The notes beneath the pieces were generated by a model. The model did no database searches, was not told where the DNA came from, and worked only from the letters and a program-made list of their open reading frames with translations. From NCBI RefSeq assembly GCF_009914755.1, contig NC_060926.1: a stretch of DNA of 64,000 nt; one strand, given 5' to 3'. The translations under genes were made by a program, and so were the position numbers. This DNA is from the human T2T-CHM13v2.0 reference genome, Homo sapiens. The number at the start of each line of letters is the position of its first letter. Positions within the stretch are counted from its first letter, which is position 1. This document shows positions 26,701 to 40,557 of this stretch, one piece after another.

Positions 26701-27473
26701 CTCCTTCAGATGCAGGGAAGGCAGGCGCTGTGTGGTCCACAACATGACACAGGAGGACACAGCCCTGTAGTGAGCCTAGCCCCATGAAGGAGTGGGTGAA
26801 GCACCCAAGTTTGCTCCACTCAGAATGTGCCAGAAGCCCTCCTGGGGTAAGCAAAAGGCCAGTTAGATCTCTTGAATCTTCTCTATGCCTCAACCTCATT
26901 CCCTTGCCCCACTCAAACCTGCAGAGTCCCTGGTCCCTTCAACGGTCCCTGGGCACTGCCAGGAGCTGGGGAGGATAGGCCCTGTTCCGTGGTTTGTGCC
27001 CACAGCAGGAACCGCTGGCATTCCAAGGCCACAAAGAACAAAAGCCAATCCTGAGTCTGCTGAAAAGCCCTGGGCCTGGGTTTTTTCCTTGGCACTTCCC
27101 CAAGAACAGCTGTCAGGAAGGCAGCCACTCCAGGGCCCTGGCACTGGTTGGAGAGGATTCCTGCGCCCTGACTCCTGCTGCTCTGGGCTGGACCACAGGG
27201 GCCTAGCTGAGGGGAGGGCATTCCTGCCCGGTGAGCTGCTCTCATTCTTATGGTTTTCATTGAAATGTGCCTGTGGAAGAATCACCAGCAGAGTATCATA
27301 GAGAAATATGACCCTCCAGGATACCTCTAACAAGGATCAGATAGTAATGGGCAGATGATGTAATGCACCACTCTCTCAGGAGCAAATGAGATAAATGGAA
27401 ATGTTCATGGAGGCTTACTGAGCAATGGAGGTTTCAGCAGTGGCTGTTCCCACCTTCACCATAAGGTCTGTCC

Positions 27474-27532
27474 TCAGTGTAGTTGTGAATGGAGTCAGTG
27501 TAGTTGTGTGGAGTCAGTGTAGTTGTGAATGG
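27474..27532. repeat. Three-copy tandem repeat of a 19-21 bp unit, TCAGTGTAGTTGTG(AA)TGGAG
   Basis: Direct observation. Confidence 0.9.
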
Positions 27533-27574
27533 GAGCTTAAATGGAGGGCTTTACTCTGGGCACACCAACTCTCT

Positions 27575-27766
27575 TACAGCAATGGGGATGGAGCTGGAGG
27601 CTGTGATCCTAAGCAAATTAATGCAGAATCAGAAAATTAAATGCTGTATGTTCTCACTTATAATTGGGAGCTAAGCATTGAACACACAGAGACATCAGTA
27701 TGGGAAAAATAGACTCTGTGATCTACTTGAGAGTGGAGGGAGAGGGATGGGTTAAAAAAACTACTT
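27575..27766 (+). mobile_element. L1 3' fragment, left half; it continues at ~30473-30530 after the CDON retrocopy
   Basis: ATGGAGCTGGAGG...ATGTTCTCACTTATAA...GGGTTAAAAAAACTAC resumes as AAAAACTACCTATTGGGTACTATGCT. Confidence 0.8.
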
Positions 27767-30472
27767 AACTTGGGGCGGCCTCTACAGCCAGCCCCGCTTG
27801 TCTCTCACAGGATCCCTCCTCCTGCTCCTGGCATGCTCCTGGCAGCCATGAGCCCGCCCGGTTGCATGCCCACTCGCCTCTGCCTGGAGGAGTGCTGCCG
27901 CGGGGGCGCGCCCCAGGTCCCCTACCCTGAGCCCTGATGCCCAGCTCCAGCGTCAAGATGCCAGAAGAACAAGAACCCAGCGCCGGCCTGACCTACCCAG
28001 CGCCTGCGCCCCGGCCTGCAAGACACCACGCCCTCCTCTGCTCTGCGTGGTGCGTGGAGGGGCCCCTTCGGATCGATCGCAGCCGCTGCCACCATAGCCG
28101 CCACCATAGTCGCTGAGGCAGGCGTCAGTGGGAAGGACCTGAGAGTGGCTTTCCCAGCCGGCTGCCACACAGGACCTCTGGATGCTTAGCCCGCCCGGCC
28201 GAGAGCTCTAAAGTCAAGGCATGACTTAACAGCTTATCTTGGAGGAGAACAGCTCAACTCAAAGGCAGATTGCCAGTTCGGAGTTTATTACAAGCAGAAC
28301 TGCTATGATGTGCTTTTAGCACTGAAGTGAACTCCATTGTAAGTACAGAAAGTGGCATCTCTGCTTTCCCCCAGAAGCACAATCGTATACACCTTGCAGA
28401 CGAATCACTGAAGATGTAAGCCAACTGTTACTCTGAGTTTCGGAGACCCCCTGTGGACAGCATGAAGCCTGTCCCTGATCAAAGTCTTAGTAAGCAGGAA
28501 GGAGTCAAGGTTAAGGAATGCGTCTGATTACCCTGAACTGTAGTACCTTGGAAAGTGAACCAAGGCTTGAGTTTTGTTCTGGAAGCCTGCCTTGCCTGCT
28601 TCTGTAATCTGGCGCTCTGCATGTGAATCTTGGATCTATATGGACACTGCTATATGTTACTGTCATGATTCTCTGCTCTTCCATGAGCTCAGACTTGGCA
28701 CCTTATTTTACTTCTGAGCCACCTCTACCGTCCAGAAAGGTGGTGGACCTGTAGAACTACATTGTTCTGCCAAACCTGTGACCACTCATAGCTCATGGTT
28801 GCATAATGGAAAAAAGGATAGAAATATGGAACATACAAAGCTTCATCAGGGGACTTTGACAATGCTTTCTCTGAACTTCTCTCTTTTGGGTTTCTACCAA
28901 TCCATTGCCAACAATAGCGTTGGTATTATTTTGAGTGGCCCTGTAACAGTATCCGTGGCAGTTTTTGGTGATTTTGGTTCATCCACAAAGTATGTTATTA
29001 CAGAGGAGGAAAAAGTGCTGTCAGGATAATAGAAACGATGTCAGCTGTGATCGTGCAGAAAATCCAGAAGAGTTCAGCAGAGGAGACAGCTGTGTCTATT
29101 CAGAAACAGACAGCAACATTTTACGTTGGAATCCTCTTATTCTGCCACCTATCTCAGAGGACTGTGCTGAAGAGACAACATGGCCTCCGCCTGGTGTTCC
29201 TTTGCACAGCCCCTCAGGGGTCCTCCAGCAGCTCCAGGAAACTGGAGGATGTGCAAACAACCAGTCATGTTCCAACTTCAATCCTGTAACTAACTGCACA
29301 AAACAGGCCTGGGAGTGAACTGTTTGAAGGACCTTAATTCAAATCAGAGAAAATGACTATTTTTTTTTTTTTTGTAGCATAATGTCATGTCAATGTGTCT
29401 TAAAGTGTGAGCCCTTTTATATTATTTATGCCTTAAAAGTTTTCTTACCCATTCCTTCCTTCCTTTCAGGAAGAAACAACCTTGTTTTGCATAGCTTTCA
29501 ATCACCTGGAGGGCAGAGGGATCATTCCATGTTTTCTAACAACCATAGTGGCAGTAAGAACTCCTCATGCAAACGATTCCGTCTCTTGGATGCTTCTGCT
29601 CAGAGGAAATGCAGAGGCCAATTGAAGGTTGCCACCAGTGAGGTTTTCAGGTGGAAAACTGTCTTTTAATAGTGTATTATCAAACTTTCTGAGAACACTT
29701 TGAAGTCAACCACAGTTTTGACCCAGTGTTTATAATAGCAGACCTGGCCGTTGAATTTTTTAAGAGTGCCTTCCACCAAAGTGGTAACGTGACCAGACGA
29801 CTTTCTCTCTATCTGCACGTAGGCACAAGTGATGTTCAGTCTTCTAGGCGCTAGTCATAAGTGGTGTCGTGGACATGGTAGAGTGTGAGATGTAGTTGAA
29901 TGATTGCAGTATGCAGAAAAGGAACCAAGACCAGAGAGACAAATAATGCCTTACTATCCCTCTGCTTTAAAATTCATTGATTGATAAAATGGCTGGTATG
30001 GGGCTCTTTTTGACTGCTTCTAAGAGTAGGAACAAAATAAGACTTTAAGTCGTGGCTTGAAAAGAAAGATACACATTTTCAGAAGAAAGAAAGGGGAGGG
30101 CTGCAGGGAACCTGTCTTGGAGGGAGCTCTTCAGTCAGCTCCATTAGCCTAGGAGCGTGCTCATGGTGTCACACTGCCAGTAACTAGTCACTCTCTCACT
30201 TCCAACAGGGGCAACAGCCTGAAGGTGTGAGTGTCAGAAAATACTTACTTTGGAAGAAAGGTGTGTTTTTTGTTGTTGTTGTTGTTTTTTTTTACCCTGA
30301 AGTTTCCTGACTTTTTTTTTCCAGAATGTCTTCCTTGTAAACAGGCACCTAAAGCATCGGTCAGCAGAGTTCCTGATGACTGCTACCTCTGTGTGACAAG
30401 GACATTTGCAGCTGTCTTTGGAAGGCTATTCTCCACATTAATAAATGATAATAATGATGATAATATATTTTT
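27767..30472 (+). pseudogene. Processed pseudogene of CDON: GC-rich 5' UTR, fossil CDS ~28617-29246 with a large internal deletion, 3' UTR, AATAAA at 30440
   Basis: Translation [35 protein letters not shown]...[24 protein letters not shown]...HQGTLT...ANNSVG...[16 protein letters not shown] matches the CDON signal peptide and Ig1. CCQD...EFSRGDSC...WNPLILPP...QQLQET matches the CDON C-terminus. No introns; start codon is now CTG; frameshift near 28721; target-site duplication AAAAACTAC(T/C)T. Confidence 0.9.
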
Positions 30473-30679
30473 TAAAAACTACCTATTGGGTACTATGCTG
30501 ACTACCAAGGTGACAGGATCTGTATTCCAATGACAGCAGTAATGCAAACATACAATTCTGTAGCCACTTATATTTTAATAGCATTATACTCTTTTAACCA
30601 TCCTCATCTTGTATATAATCTCATTGTATGTTAGAATACAGCTATTAGAGCAATAAGGAAGAATGGATAAATAATCAGG

Positions 30680-30972
30680 TTTTTGTTTTTGTTTTGTTTT
30701 GTTTTGTTTTTCTTTGAGACAGGCTCTCACTCTGTCACCCAGGTTGGAGTGCAGTGGTGAGATCACAGCTCACTGCAGAGTCGATCTCCCCAGATCAAGC
30801 AGTCCTCCAACCTCAGCCTCGCAAATAGCTGGACTACAGGCTGAATTGTCATGCCTGAGTAATTTTGTTGTTGCTGTTGTTGGAGAGACAGGGTCTCACC
30901 CTGTTGCCCAGGCTTCTCTCCAACTCCTGGCTCAAGTGATCCTCCCACCTCAGCCTCTAAAAGTGCTGGGAC
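30680..30972 (-). mobile_element. Alu (AluJ-like)
   Basis: Reverse Alu with a (TTTTG)n tail. Confidence 0.9.
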
Positions 30973-31656
30973 TATATATATATATAATATACATGTATAT
31001 ATGTATATTTTCTGTATCTATAATAATAGTCCTTGGAAAATTAGCTTACTGCTTGAAAAAATATATATGAATGACCGCTTTGAAATATATGTATTTTATA
31101 TATATACATATCTATATACACACACACATATATATGCATATATATGCAACCTTCCAGTGACAGTAGGTACGCTTTTGGCTTCTGAGATGAACATATTCAT
31201 GATGATAAATATTTACTATGAATTCAGCTAAACATGAAACTCAGCAATATTCATGTCTATTTTTCTCTATTTCTACCTAAATCTGTATTTGAAAAGTTGT
31301 GCCTAAGCCTTCCTAGTTAGTTAGATTTTTATCCTTTACCATTCAATGCGTGTGTGGCTTGGAGACTGTTTTCACAGATCAGGAAGTTGACAATTATGTC
31401 CCACATTCAGTGGACTAACAACTCAGAGATCCTCTCTGTCATTAAACTTGTAGATCAGAGTTACTCCTTATAGATGGAGTCAGCCTTTTTTAGACTTTGT
31501 CCTCAGCAATCCTCATTAAAGGAGGCATTATTTTCTTGCTTTAAATAAATTCAAAAAACACATATCAGAAACTTTTGATATGTTTGTTGTGTGCCATATT
31601 GTCAGTAATTAAATTAAATACTAGAAAATACACCATTAAATATGATATTTGATATA

Positions 31657-32011
31657 CAGTTGGCCCTCCATATGATAGGGTTCTGCATCCATGGATTCAA
31701 CTCATCATGGATTTAAAAATTTCAGGAAAAGAATTGAATGATTACGTTTTCACTGAACATGTGCAGACTTTTTTTTGCTTGTCATTATTCCCTAAGTCAT
31801 ATAGTGTAACAACTACTTACATAGCATTTACACTGCATTAAGTATTTTAAGTAATCTAGAGATAATTAAAGTACATTGGAGGATGTGCTTAGGCTACATG
31901 CAAATACTTCACCATCTTATGTAAGGACATCTGAGGATTATTAGCATCCAAGATTTTGGTATCTGTGGGGAGTCCTGGAATCAATTTCCAGTCGATACTT
32001 AAGGAAAGGCT
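31657..32011. mobile_element. MER2 (Tigger-family) DNA transposon fossil
   Basis: CAGTTGGCCCTCCATAT...GGGTTCTGCATCCATGGATTCAAC start; GGAGTCCTGGAATCAAT near the end. Confidence 0.8.
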
Positions 32012-33112
32012 TCATACCAAGTTAACATGACCAAAATATACATATTTCTGATAATAAGGATATTTTACTGCACATGTGTCTTAAAAATTTCAAAGACCTT
32101 AATAAATTTGGAATTTTATTAAAGTGTAATGAGGCTTCTGAGTATTCTGTATTTTCTGAAGCAAAAAGTGAGTCTTACTTTCTATTCTGGTAATGACATG
32201 TTCCCAGGTAACTGTCTGTAGGATGCCATCGGTGAAATTACTAAAACCTAACAGGTTTTCAGTCTTTTATCTGTATCATTGTCATTCTGTTAAGATCTGT
32301 GTCCATCAATAGTTTGTTCCTGAGCTAAAGAAAATTGACTGAGCCTATCAATTTGATAAGCATCCAATTTATATCTTCATTAAATAATATTTCTCAGTAT
32401 CCCTGTTGATTTTGGTTACATTCAGTAGCCAAAATCAATAGTAATACAGGGGTAAATTTGGTAGCCTTTTAAATAGTTGTATCATATGTTTTCATCAATT
32501 AGTTTGTGCATTTATTCTTTTATTCAAACAGACAATTATTGAATATCAGTTATATCTTAACCATTGTCTACTTTCTTGGAATATAACTGTATGTAGTACA
32601 AACACAATCCTTTTCTTGTAATTTGAAAAGCAGAAAATAAGCCTACTATTACATTGTGAGTTTTACAAAGAAAAGTATAAGGTTTTCTGAGTCTTTAAAA
32701 CAAATAGCCTAATCTAGCCCAGGAGCTAAAGAAAGAATTCCCTGAAGAAATATTGGAACTTACACTTGATGAAATGTGACTTAGCAGATGTGGAACAGAG
32801 AAAAGGAAATTCCGGTTCAAGGGGAAGAACCCCGTGCTCTTGCATTAACCCATCAGTTTGGATAAACACACGCAGGTATTCATTTACCTGGGCTGGCTTG
32901 GAAATCTAGGGGAAAAAAAAGATACAGCATAAAAGAAAAGACATGCACAGTATTCTAAGAGAGAGTAGTTTAATGAAAATCAAAACAAATGTATACCTCC
33001 GCAATTTAAAAATGGTACAAATTTTATAGAAACAGATAAAGAAAATCAAGTAGTCAGTAGGTTAGCATTTTCAGAAGATGGTGTTTCTGATACCTTTAGT
33101 CATGTTACTGAC

Positions 33113-35421
33113 CTATCCCTGATTCTGTGAGTGCAAACGTCTAAGAGTGTAAGGGAAAGAACCTGAGAGGCTACAAATGAGAAACCTGTTGGCCACATTA
33201 ACAAAGCTTACCATACCAGATTCATAATCTAGAAACATCCCTATCTGTCCTAGAGGCCTTTCTGTATACTGAGGTAATAGTGAGGAAGAGGTCTTGAGAT
33301 GACACCAGTAGCCTTCTTGACACGAAATGTAGAAAAAAATTCTTGGAGTTAACCAGCATGTCATTTCTTATTGTCCAAGAATCGTTGCAAAATCCAACAG
33401 CCCAGTTCCAACACTGCCCAACATCCACCTCTCAGTAATATCTTCAAAAGTGAATGGCAGGGCTTGCCATCAAGAAAACAGATTTTGTTGGAGCTGGGGC
33501 AATGCTGAGATCATCAGAACCAAAGAGTAGCTGTCTCAGAACTTCAAACGAGGGGGATGCAAGAAGTGGTTATTTTATTATCCCGGGAAATATGTGCTGC
33601 AGGAATAAGAAAACAGTCACATGAAAACACAGTGTTATAAACTTCTAATGGAGGTGGGCTTTGCATAGTGTCTACATATGTCAGGTTGTCACTGGAAATA
33701 TGGGTCAGGACAGCAGGAATACTCGTGAAGTTTACTGATGTTCAAGGGTTACTCCATATTCATAACAAGCAAATCCTGAACCAGAAAAATGGGGAAAAAT
33801 TACAATATTTTTTGGAATCTATAAAGAACAGAAATTATTGCTAAGCTCACATGCCCTAGAACATTTAAATTTGTAGAATTTTTAATAATTCGAAGTGAGT
33901 AGCAAAAGCAGCTTGCTCTTATTCTCAGAAAAATAATGTAAATAATAACTCTTATTTTAAATAACCACTTTGTCTCCGATTTACGGATTTTTCACTGAAG
34001 CATGCATAGGTATAATAAAGTAAAAGAAAATCCACATATGCTTTTGAAAGATTTCTTTGTGAGAATTCTCTGCCAGAGTATCTCTTGAGAAAGGGATAAA
34101 TCCAGTGAAATTAGTTGCCAGTTGACTTTGTGGCTGTTGTTATAAATATTCCTCTAATGATTTTAATATCGTGGATGATTATACAAACTATTTTGTGTAT
34201 TGTTATACACCACTGTAATACTGAGTGTCAGTAACCACAAGCTGGGGCTTGACAAGCTTACCTGAGGCAGGCATCCTGCTTCCTCAGACCCAGCTTCCCT
34301 AAGGGCACCCTACAGCCTTTCCATTTGAAGTTGGAATCCACCATCTGCTACCTACAAAAGCCCCAAATCCTTGAGGGTCTTTTCTTTTGCTTCTTTACAC
34401 CCTGCTTTCACCATACACTGTCAGAAATACTTACCCTTCCCCCATAAGTCCTGGCGTAATTTGGGGCTGTTATGTCAATTTCTTTATACACTTTGACAAT
34501 TAAAATTGGAAATGGTAATTTTCTCTACGTGATTTCTCTATAGTTCCTTGAAAATAATAGCCCTGCCTAACAAACAAACAAACAAAATCTTTCTACCCTT
34601 TAAGAAGGGGAAGACTAAATATACTATGAAGGAGGGTACATTTTCATAAGAAACTATGTTCCCACTTCAGTATGAGACTGATCACTGTTACAGTTCTCAA
34701 AACTTGAATATAGGAAGAAATTTACCTTTCTAACACATTTCTAAAATTAGGTAAGAAAGAATAGAGAAAGTCTTAGCATTCATCACAAAATTCATAGTGA
34801 AGGCTTAATTTATTAGATTCCTGAGGATGGGTGAGCCCAAAGTTTATAGCAATTGGTATCCAGGAAATGGCCATCGAGGAAATATATTGCATGGATTCCC
34901 AAATTTCTAAATATCTGAATATATTTAAATACAAATTCAAAAAGCTTCAAATAAACTTTTTTACTGCAGTTTTTCAGCAATTGAATGAATTTTGAAAGGA
35001 AATTTTTTTCTGGGGTGTTTTCTACTGTTTTTGTTTGTTTGTGTTTTGCTCCTGGATCAAGAAAAACTGACTTTGTCTCTTTTGTTACTAGACAAGCAAT
35101 TCACTTTCAAGCATCATGAAAGCATCATTCCAAACACATCACAGAAGGCAAAGAGAATGAGGTCATTTTTCCCAGTGGACTCTCTTGTTCTCAGTCCTAA
35201 TCTGGAGCAGCTCCAGGTCTGGTTTATGGTACATTTCCTTCAGTTTCTTATACATTCCTCCTACGGCTTTCTCCTTTCATTTCATTCTGTCTTTACTGTC
35301 TTTACTTCTCTTTGCTTTCCTATTCCAGTCTCTCCAAGTGACATTCCTCTTCCTCATAAAGCAAATGACAAACTCTGCAATACACAGCATGAATCATCTT
35401 CCTCTGTAGATTCACATGACC
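33113..35421 (-). pseudogene. TRIM77-like pseudogene (TRIM43/49/64/77 clade): coiled-coil exon 35421-35202, degenerate micro-exon ~34450-34435, B30.2/SPRY exon 33596-33113
   Basis: GHVNLQRKMIHAVY...EEEECHLERLE*...MYHKPDLELLQ with stops, a frameshift and the donor mutated to AT. SPRY fragments VDVGQCWNWAVGFCNDSWTIRNDM and PQYTERPLGQIGMFLDYESGMVSFVNVA lie in different frames. Confidence 0.85.
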
Positions 35422-37514
35422 CTGAAGTAATAATGAAATCATTGGAACACATAGTCTACTTTTATTCATGCCTTTTTATTTCTTGTTTTATCTTAAGATA
35501 TTTAGCAATTTGTTGCAATGAATGAACCAAAAATTAGAGACTGGTTTCTCTTTCGTTTCTTCCTTTTCTTTCCTTCTTTTCTGTGTATGTATGTATATAT
35601 GTATTTGCACCAGAAGTCAAAATCTGGCCTTCAACTCTTTGCCCTCAAGTATCTACACTTGATTTAAAAATGGTAGCTTATGATTTGATAATTAATTATC
35701 TTATAATACACAAAAACCTCATTACTAAATCCGTTTAGTTTCTTTATTCTCAAATATTTTACCTGTACGCTGATTCTTTATTCTCAAAAACAGTAGCGAA
35801 TATTACTTCATAGAATGACATAAGATGTTTCCAAAATTTTTTCTTTTAGCAATTCAAAAACTACCTGCTAACCAGAGCCTGACCCCATTAGTGCAACTTG
35901 CTTCTTCTTTTCTAAGGCTTTGCCCTACACGTAGAAGCTGACTTCCATGCTATTCTCAGAGACATTATTCAACAGACAATCGCCTTCCAATATTAATTTC
36001 CTCTCTCACTTTCTTGTTCTCGCCTTCTCTTTGTTATTTTCTCTCAATTTTAAAACCTACTTTATTTACTCCCACTGTTTCGAAATAAAACTAAATAGCT
36101 ACATTGACCCAATATCTTCACTTGATTTTTGTGCTATCTCCTTTGTCCATAACAAAGCATATTCCTGACCACATGAGTATGTTCGCTGTACTCATTTGTG
36201 AAACTTTCCATCTTTCTTCAACTCAATGAAATCTTTCATACCCAACAGTTTACACAAACCATGTTCTTCATCTCACCACCAATATCCTTTGAACTACATT
36301 CTTTATCTGACCACGAACTTCCTTTGCTAAACCCACATATTTTGATTCCCATTATTTCTAGTCCTTTCTTCTGTAAAACTCATACAAACTTGGTTTCTGA
36401 AAATTATTTTTAAAAATAAAATAAAACCTTCTCTCATATTTTTCTTCTATCAACTCATGTTTACCAGTTTTTCTTTCCTAGCCTGGCCCATTAATACATG
36501 GATTACAGAAGGTGTTTTATTTAACCCCACCCCTCCACTGCCTCCTTGGCACTTTCCTGATTAACCTGAAAGCTCCAGAACTGGGGACAGCTGGTTCCCC
36601 TTTCATTCCCCCATATGGAGGTTGGGTTGGGTGGCCTCGCAAAGCCCCAGCTGCCTTTACATATTTTGGTAGCGGTTCAATTGTCTTTCTGGAAAATAAT
36701 CATTTCAGATCACTAATTTAACCCACCCACTTTCACTTACACATACAAAGAATGTGCAGGGAGGAAGCAGAGTTTTCTTTCATCCTGGAGCTGTGGATGA
36801 TGGACAGAGAAGCTGACTGCTTTCTCTCTGCACACTCTCTGAAAAAGCCTTAGTTCCTCCTCCCTGCACTCCCTGCAGCCCCTCTCTTTACCCTCCCAAG
36901 ACCTTTAGTGCTCACACTTTATCCAGCTCATGTAGATACTATTCCCAGTAACCAAAATCTCCCGCCATTATTAACACAAGAGGAATAGAGGAGAAATCCA
37001 TCCCCCATCCCTACTCCTGTCAGAGCAAGACAGCCACCCCAAACATCCGTTCATCTCCAGAATTTTCCCACTACTAATAAGGAATGGTCAAGATCAACCC
37101 TTTGGGTGCCTTTTTCTAACCTCCTTTCCCAAGTGTAGCTGACTTAATTGAAACATTTTCTAAAGCCAAAAACTTGCACTTGAATTTGCTGATAGTTTGC
37201 TGGAGACACCTCATGGTCCACAGTACCATATCTGAGAGTAAACCACACAGTCAGGTAATTAGCCATTGTGAAAGATGGGGGTGGTAGCTGCTTGTTATTA
37301 GGGATTCTATACATTTCAGATCTCTCTCTCGTATATGCAATATATATATGTAATGTATTATATATGATACTGGAAGTAAACTACATATTAAACAATATAT
37401 AACACATATATTCATGTATATGTATAATATACATATATATATTATATATAGCTAAAGACATAGATACATAGATATGTAGATAGATATGTACCTCTAGCTC
37501 TACCTATGGTATTT

Positions 37515-37796
37515 CTTTCTGACTCGTCGTCACTGTTGCTCAGGCTGGAGTGCAGTGCTGCTATCTCACTCACTTCAAATTTTGCCCCCCAGGTTCAAGC
37601 TATTCGCATGCCTCCGCCTCCTAAGTAGCTGGGAGTACAGGCATGCGTCACCACACTCTGCTAATCTTTGTATTTTTAGTAGAGAGGGGGTTTCACCTTG
37701 TTGGCTAGGCTGATCTCGAACTTCTTACCTCAAGTGATCTGTCTGCCTGGGGCACCAAAAGTGCTGGGATTACAAGTGTGAGCCACCACACCAGGC
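37515..37796 (-). mobile_element. Alu
   Basis: Reverse dimeric Alu next to an AT-rich low-complexity tract. Confidence 0.9.
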
Positions 37797-39679
37797 TTAT
37801 AATACATTCCTGGATGAGGTGTTTTGGAGCAAGGATGGGCAAAAAGGCTGCTAGGTAGGGTCCTGGAGGGATACTGCAGGGACCAGGAGCAGTGCTTGGA
37901 GGAGGAGAGGATCAGGACATACTGCAGAAATTGACCTTCAGGAATAGCTGGAGGTGGCCAGGCACAGTGATGGAGCTGGATCCAGTGAGGTGGGGCGGAG
38001 ATTTCTGCTGGGCTGGAAACCAAGAGGACTGCCCAGAGACACTTCTGTCAAGGTTGCAGCCAAAGAGTATAAGCTCACTGTATCCCTGGCACTAAGGTTC
38101 TTTTAAGAACGCTAGTTGTTACTTCATGAACAGTCATATCAAGGCATACTATTTTTGGAAAGGCATTTTCTTCCCTCTGCCCTCTCCTTAAATAAGAAAC
38201 AAAGAACAATAACAACAACAGCATGTCCTATTGATGCTATTTGTATGGAACGAAACTTGAACTTTTATAAGGTAAAGATCGGTCAAGATAGCTTTCCTAG
38301 CATCCTGACTCTAGAGCTCTCCTGTTGATTCCATAAGGTATTCAATAATAAGAGCGTCGACTTTTTGCTCTGTCCTGGTTCTGCTTCTGTCTCCACTTAC
38401 TTTATGGGGGCCTTCGCTTTTTTTGATCCTATTGTGTCAGCCTTGTTTAATATGTAGTTTACTCCCAGTATATTCTTCTCAGTATGGAATTTGATCCTGG
38501 AAGAGAATTTGGGCTGGTTATTTTAAGAGCTGTAGAAGCCATATGGTCCCAGCCGCTTTTTATCTTATCCTGCACTCTTGCTTATTGATGTGTGCAAACT
38601 CCCACCCTACTCAGTTTCAGCAGCTCTTTTTTAATTACCTTGCACACTTTCTAATGAATCCTCGTTGCTGACTTGGGGCGTTCTCAAATCTACATGTGTT
38701 CTGTTCACCCTCTCTGCTTCATCCTGAAAGGATTCTGATTCCTCATGGATATTGCTGTTGCACCTGATTTGTCTGTGACTATTCATATTTGGGATTTTTG
38801 TAGGGTACATTGTCACTCAGTGTTGTTGTAGATATTGTTCATGAATTTTGATTTTGTTATTCTAGATTTTACTGTTTTTCTTTAGAGGTTTGGAAATGGT
38901 CTGTAAGTATACTGCACCTCTCTAACTTTTCAGAATTTTAAGGTGCAAATTTTTAAAATGTGCAAACAAGGAATGCCTCTAAACTGGATCTCAATGTGTT
39001 TAGCAGGTTCCATGAGCTGTGTGTAACAGAAGACCAGAACAAAAGAATTGTAGAAGTAGCTTCTCCACAGGCATCACGGCCTTCTTCTCTTCGAGTGTTT
39101 CGGTATGCTGTTTCCTCTGTCTGGACGTCACTTCCACTTCCAATACTTCTTTTTTGAATTAATACTTGTTTTATCAAGGATAAATTTTGATTTAATTGCC
39201 TTGCAGAAACATTTTTACATTTAAAAAATTGTATTGTACTTTCTATCAATTGCATTGCATTCAAGGATCTCCCATTATTATGTACAAATATATATATAGT
39301 GTGTATACCTATACATATACACATACATATATATACACACACATACATATACACACACCCATAGAATCAACACTATTTTTTAAAATTTCTGGTACTTAGG
39401 TCAAAGTTGGGATCAAATTCTAGCAAGGGTGCAGGTCTTTATGCATTGCAGACAAATATCGTTCATTGAATTTTTATTTATTGAATGTAATATATCTTGT
39501 TATGTAATATGCATTACTTAAAGGTTTTGTTGGAATTAAATAAAGGAGAAATATGGATGATGAAAGGAATAAAGGAAAAAAAATGTGAAAATCAACCTAA
39601 CATTTTCTGTAAATCTACTGTGAGATAGGTACTTTATAAGCATTAAGTGTAACCTTTACCTATATGTAATCTCACTGTA

Positions 39680-40067
<388 letters not shown>

Positions 40068-40557
40068 TAACCAATGATATTTTATTATAATAGCAAACTC
40101 AGAAGTTCAGTTTCTATTTGTCAGTACTTCTGCTTTTTAAACCAAATAATACCATCTTTAACTCTGAGTGTCACGAAGTCAAGAATTGTACCTTTCATCT
40201 GTGTGTCACACATAAGGAGGGCAAGACTTAAAAAAGAGTAGATGCTGAATGAATTTTAAAACGCTGTATTTAAAATCACAAGCAAAGCCCCAACTGCATT
40301 TGTACATCTCACCATCTAGCCTGAGCTATAGGCCTTACTACCACTTAGTGGCAAATGTGAATTATGGTATCTTCTAAATTGGAAGTAAAAAGAATCAGAT
40401 CTTTAAAGTTAATTTTGCAAACTTGATGTTAAGAAGCGAAACAAGGGGCATAATATGCAAATACATTTTCTAAATAAATTCAACCCATCAGCCATCTAGA
40501 ATTCATGAAAAAATGGTGAAAATGCCTAAATCCCCAGAATCTGTAAGAAAATGAAAG

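Noticed and set aside
26885-27333. Overlapping ORFs of 115-145 aa on both strands
   Set aside because: Expected in GC-rich, stop-poor sequence; no motifs or splice context.
27474-27532. Short direct repeats considered as a CRISPR-like array
   Set aside because: Eukaryotic DNA; the units are contiguous with no unique spacers, so this is an ordinary tandem repeat.
34992-35525. 177-aa plus-strand ORF
   Set aside because: Antisense shadow of the TRIM coiled-coil exon plus T-rich intron; no ATG start and no recognisable domain.
38590-38830. Short minus-strand ORF (MTMYPTKIPN...)
   Set aside because: Looks like decayed old LINE sequence; no coding support.
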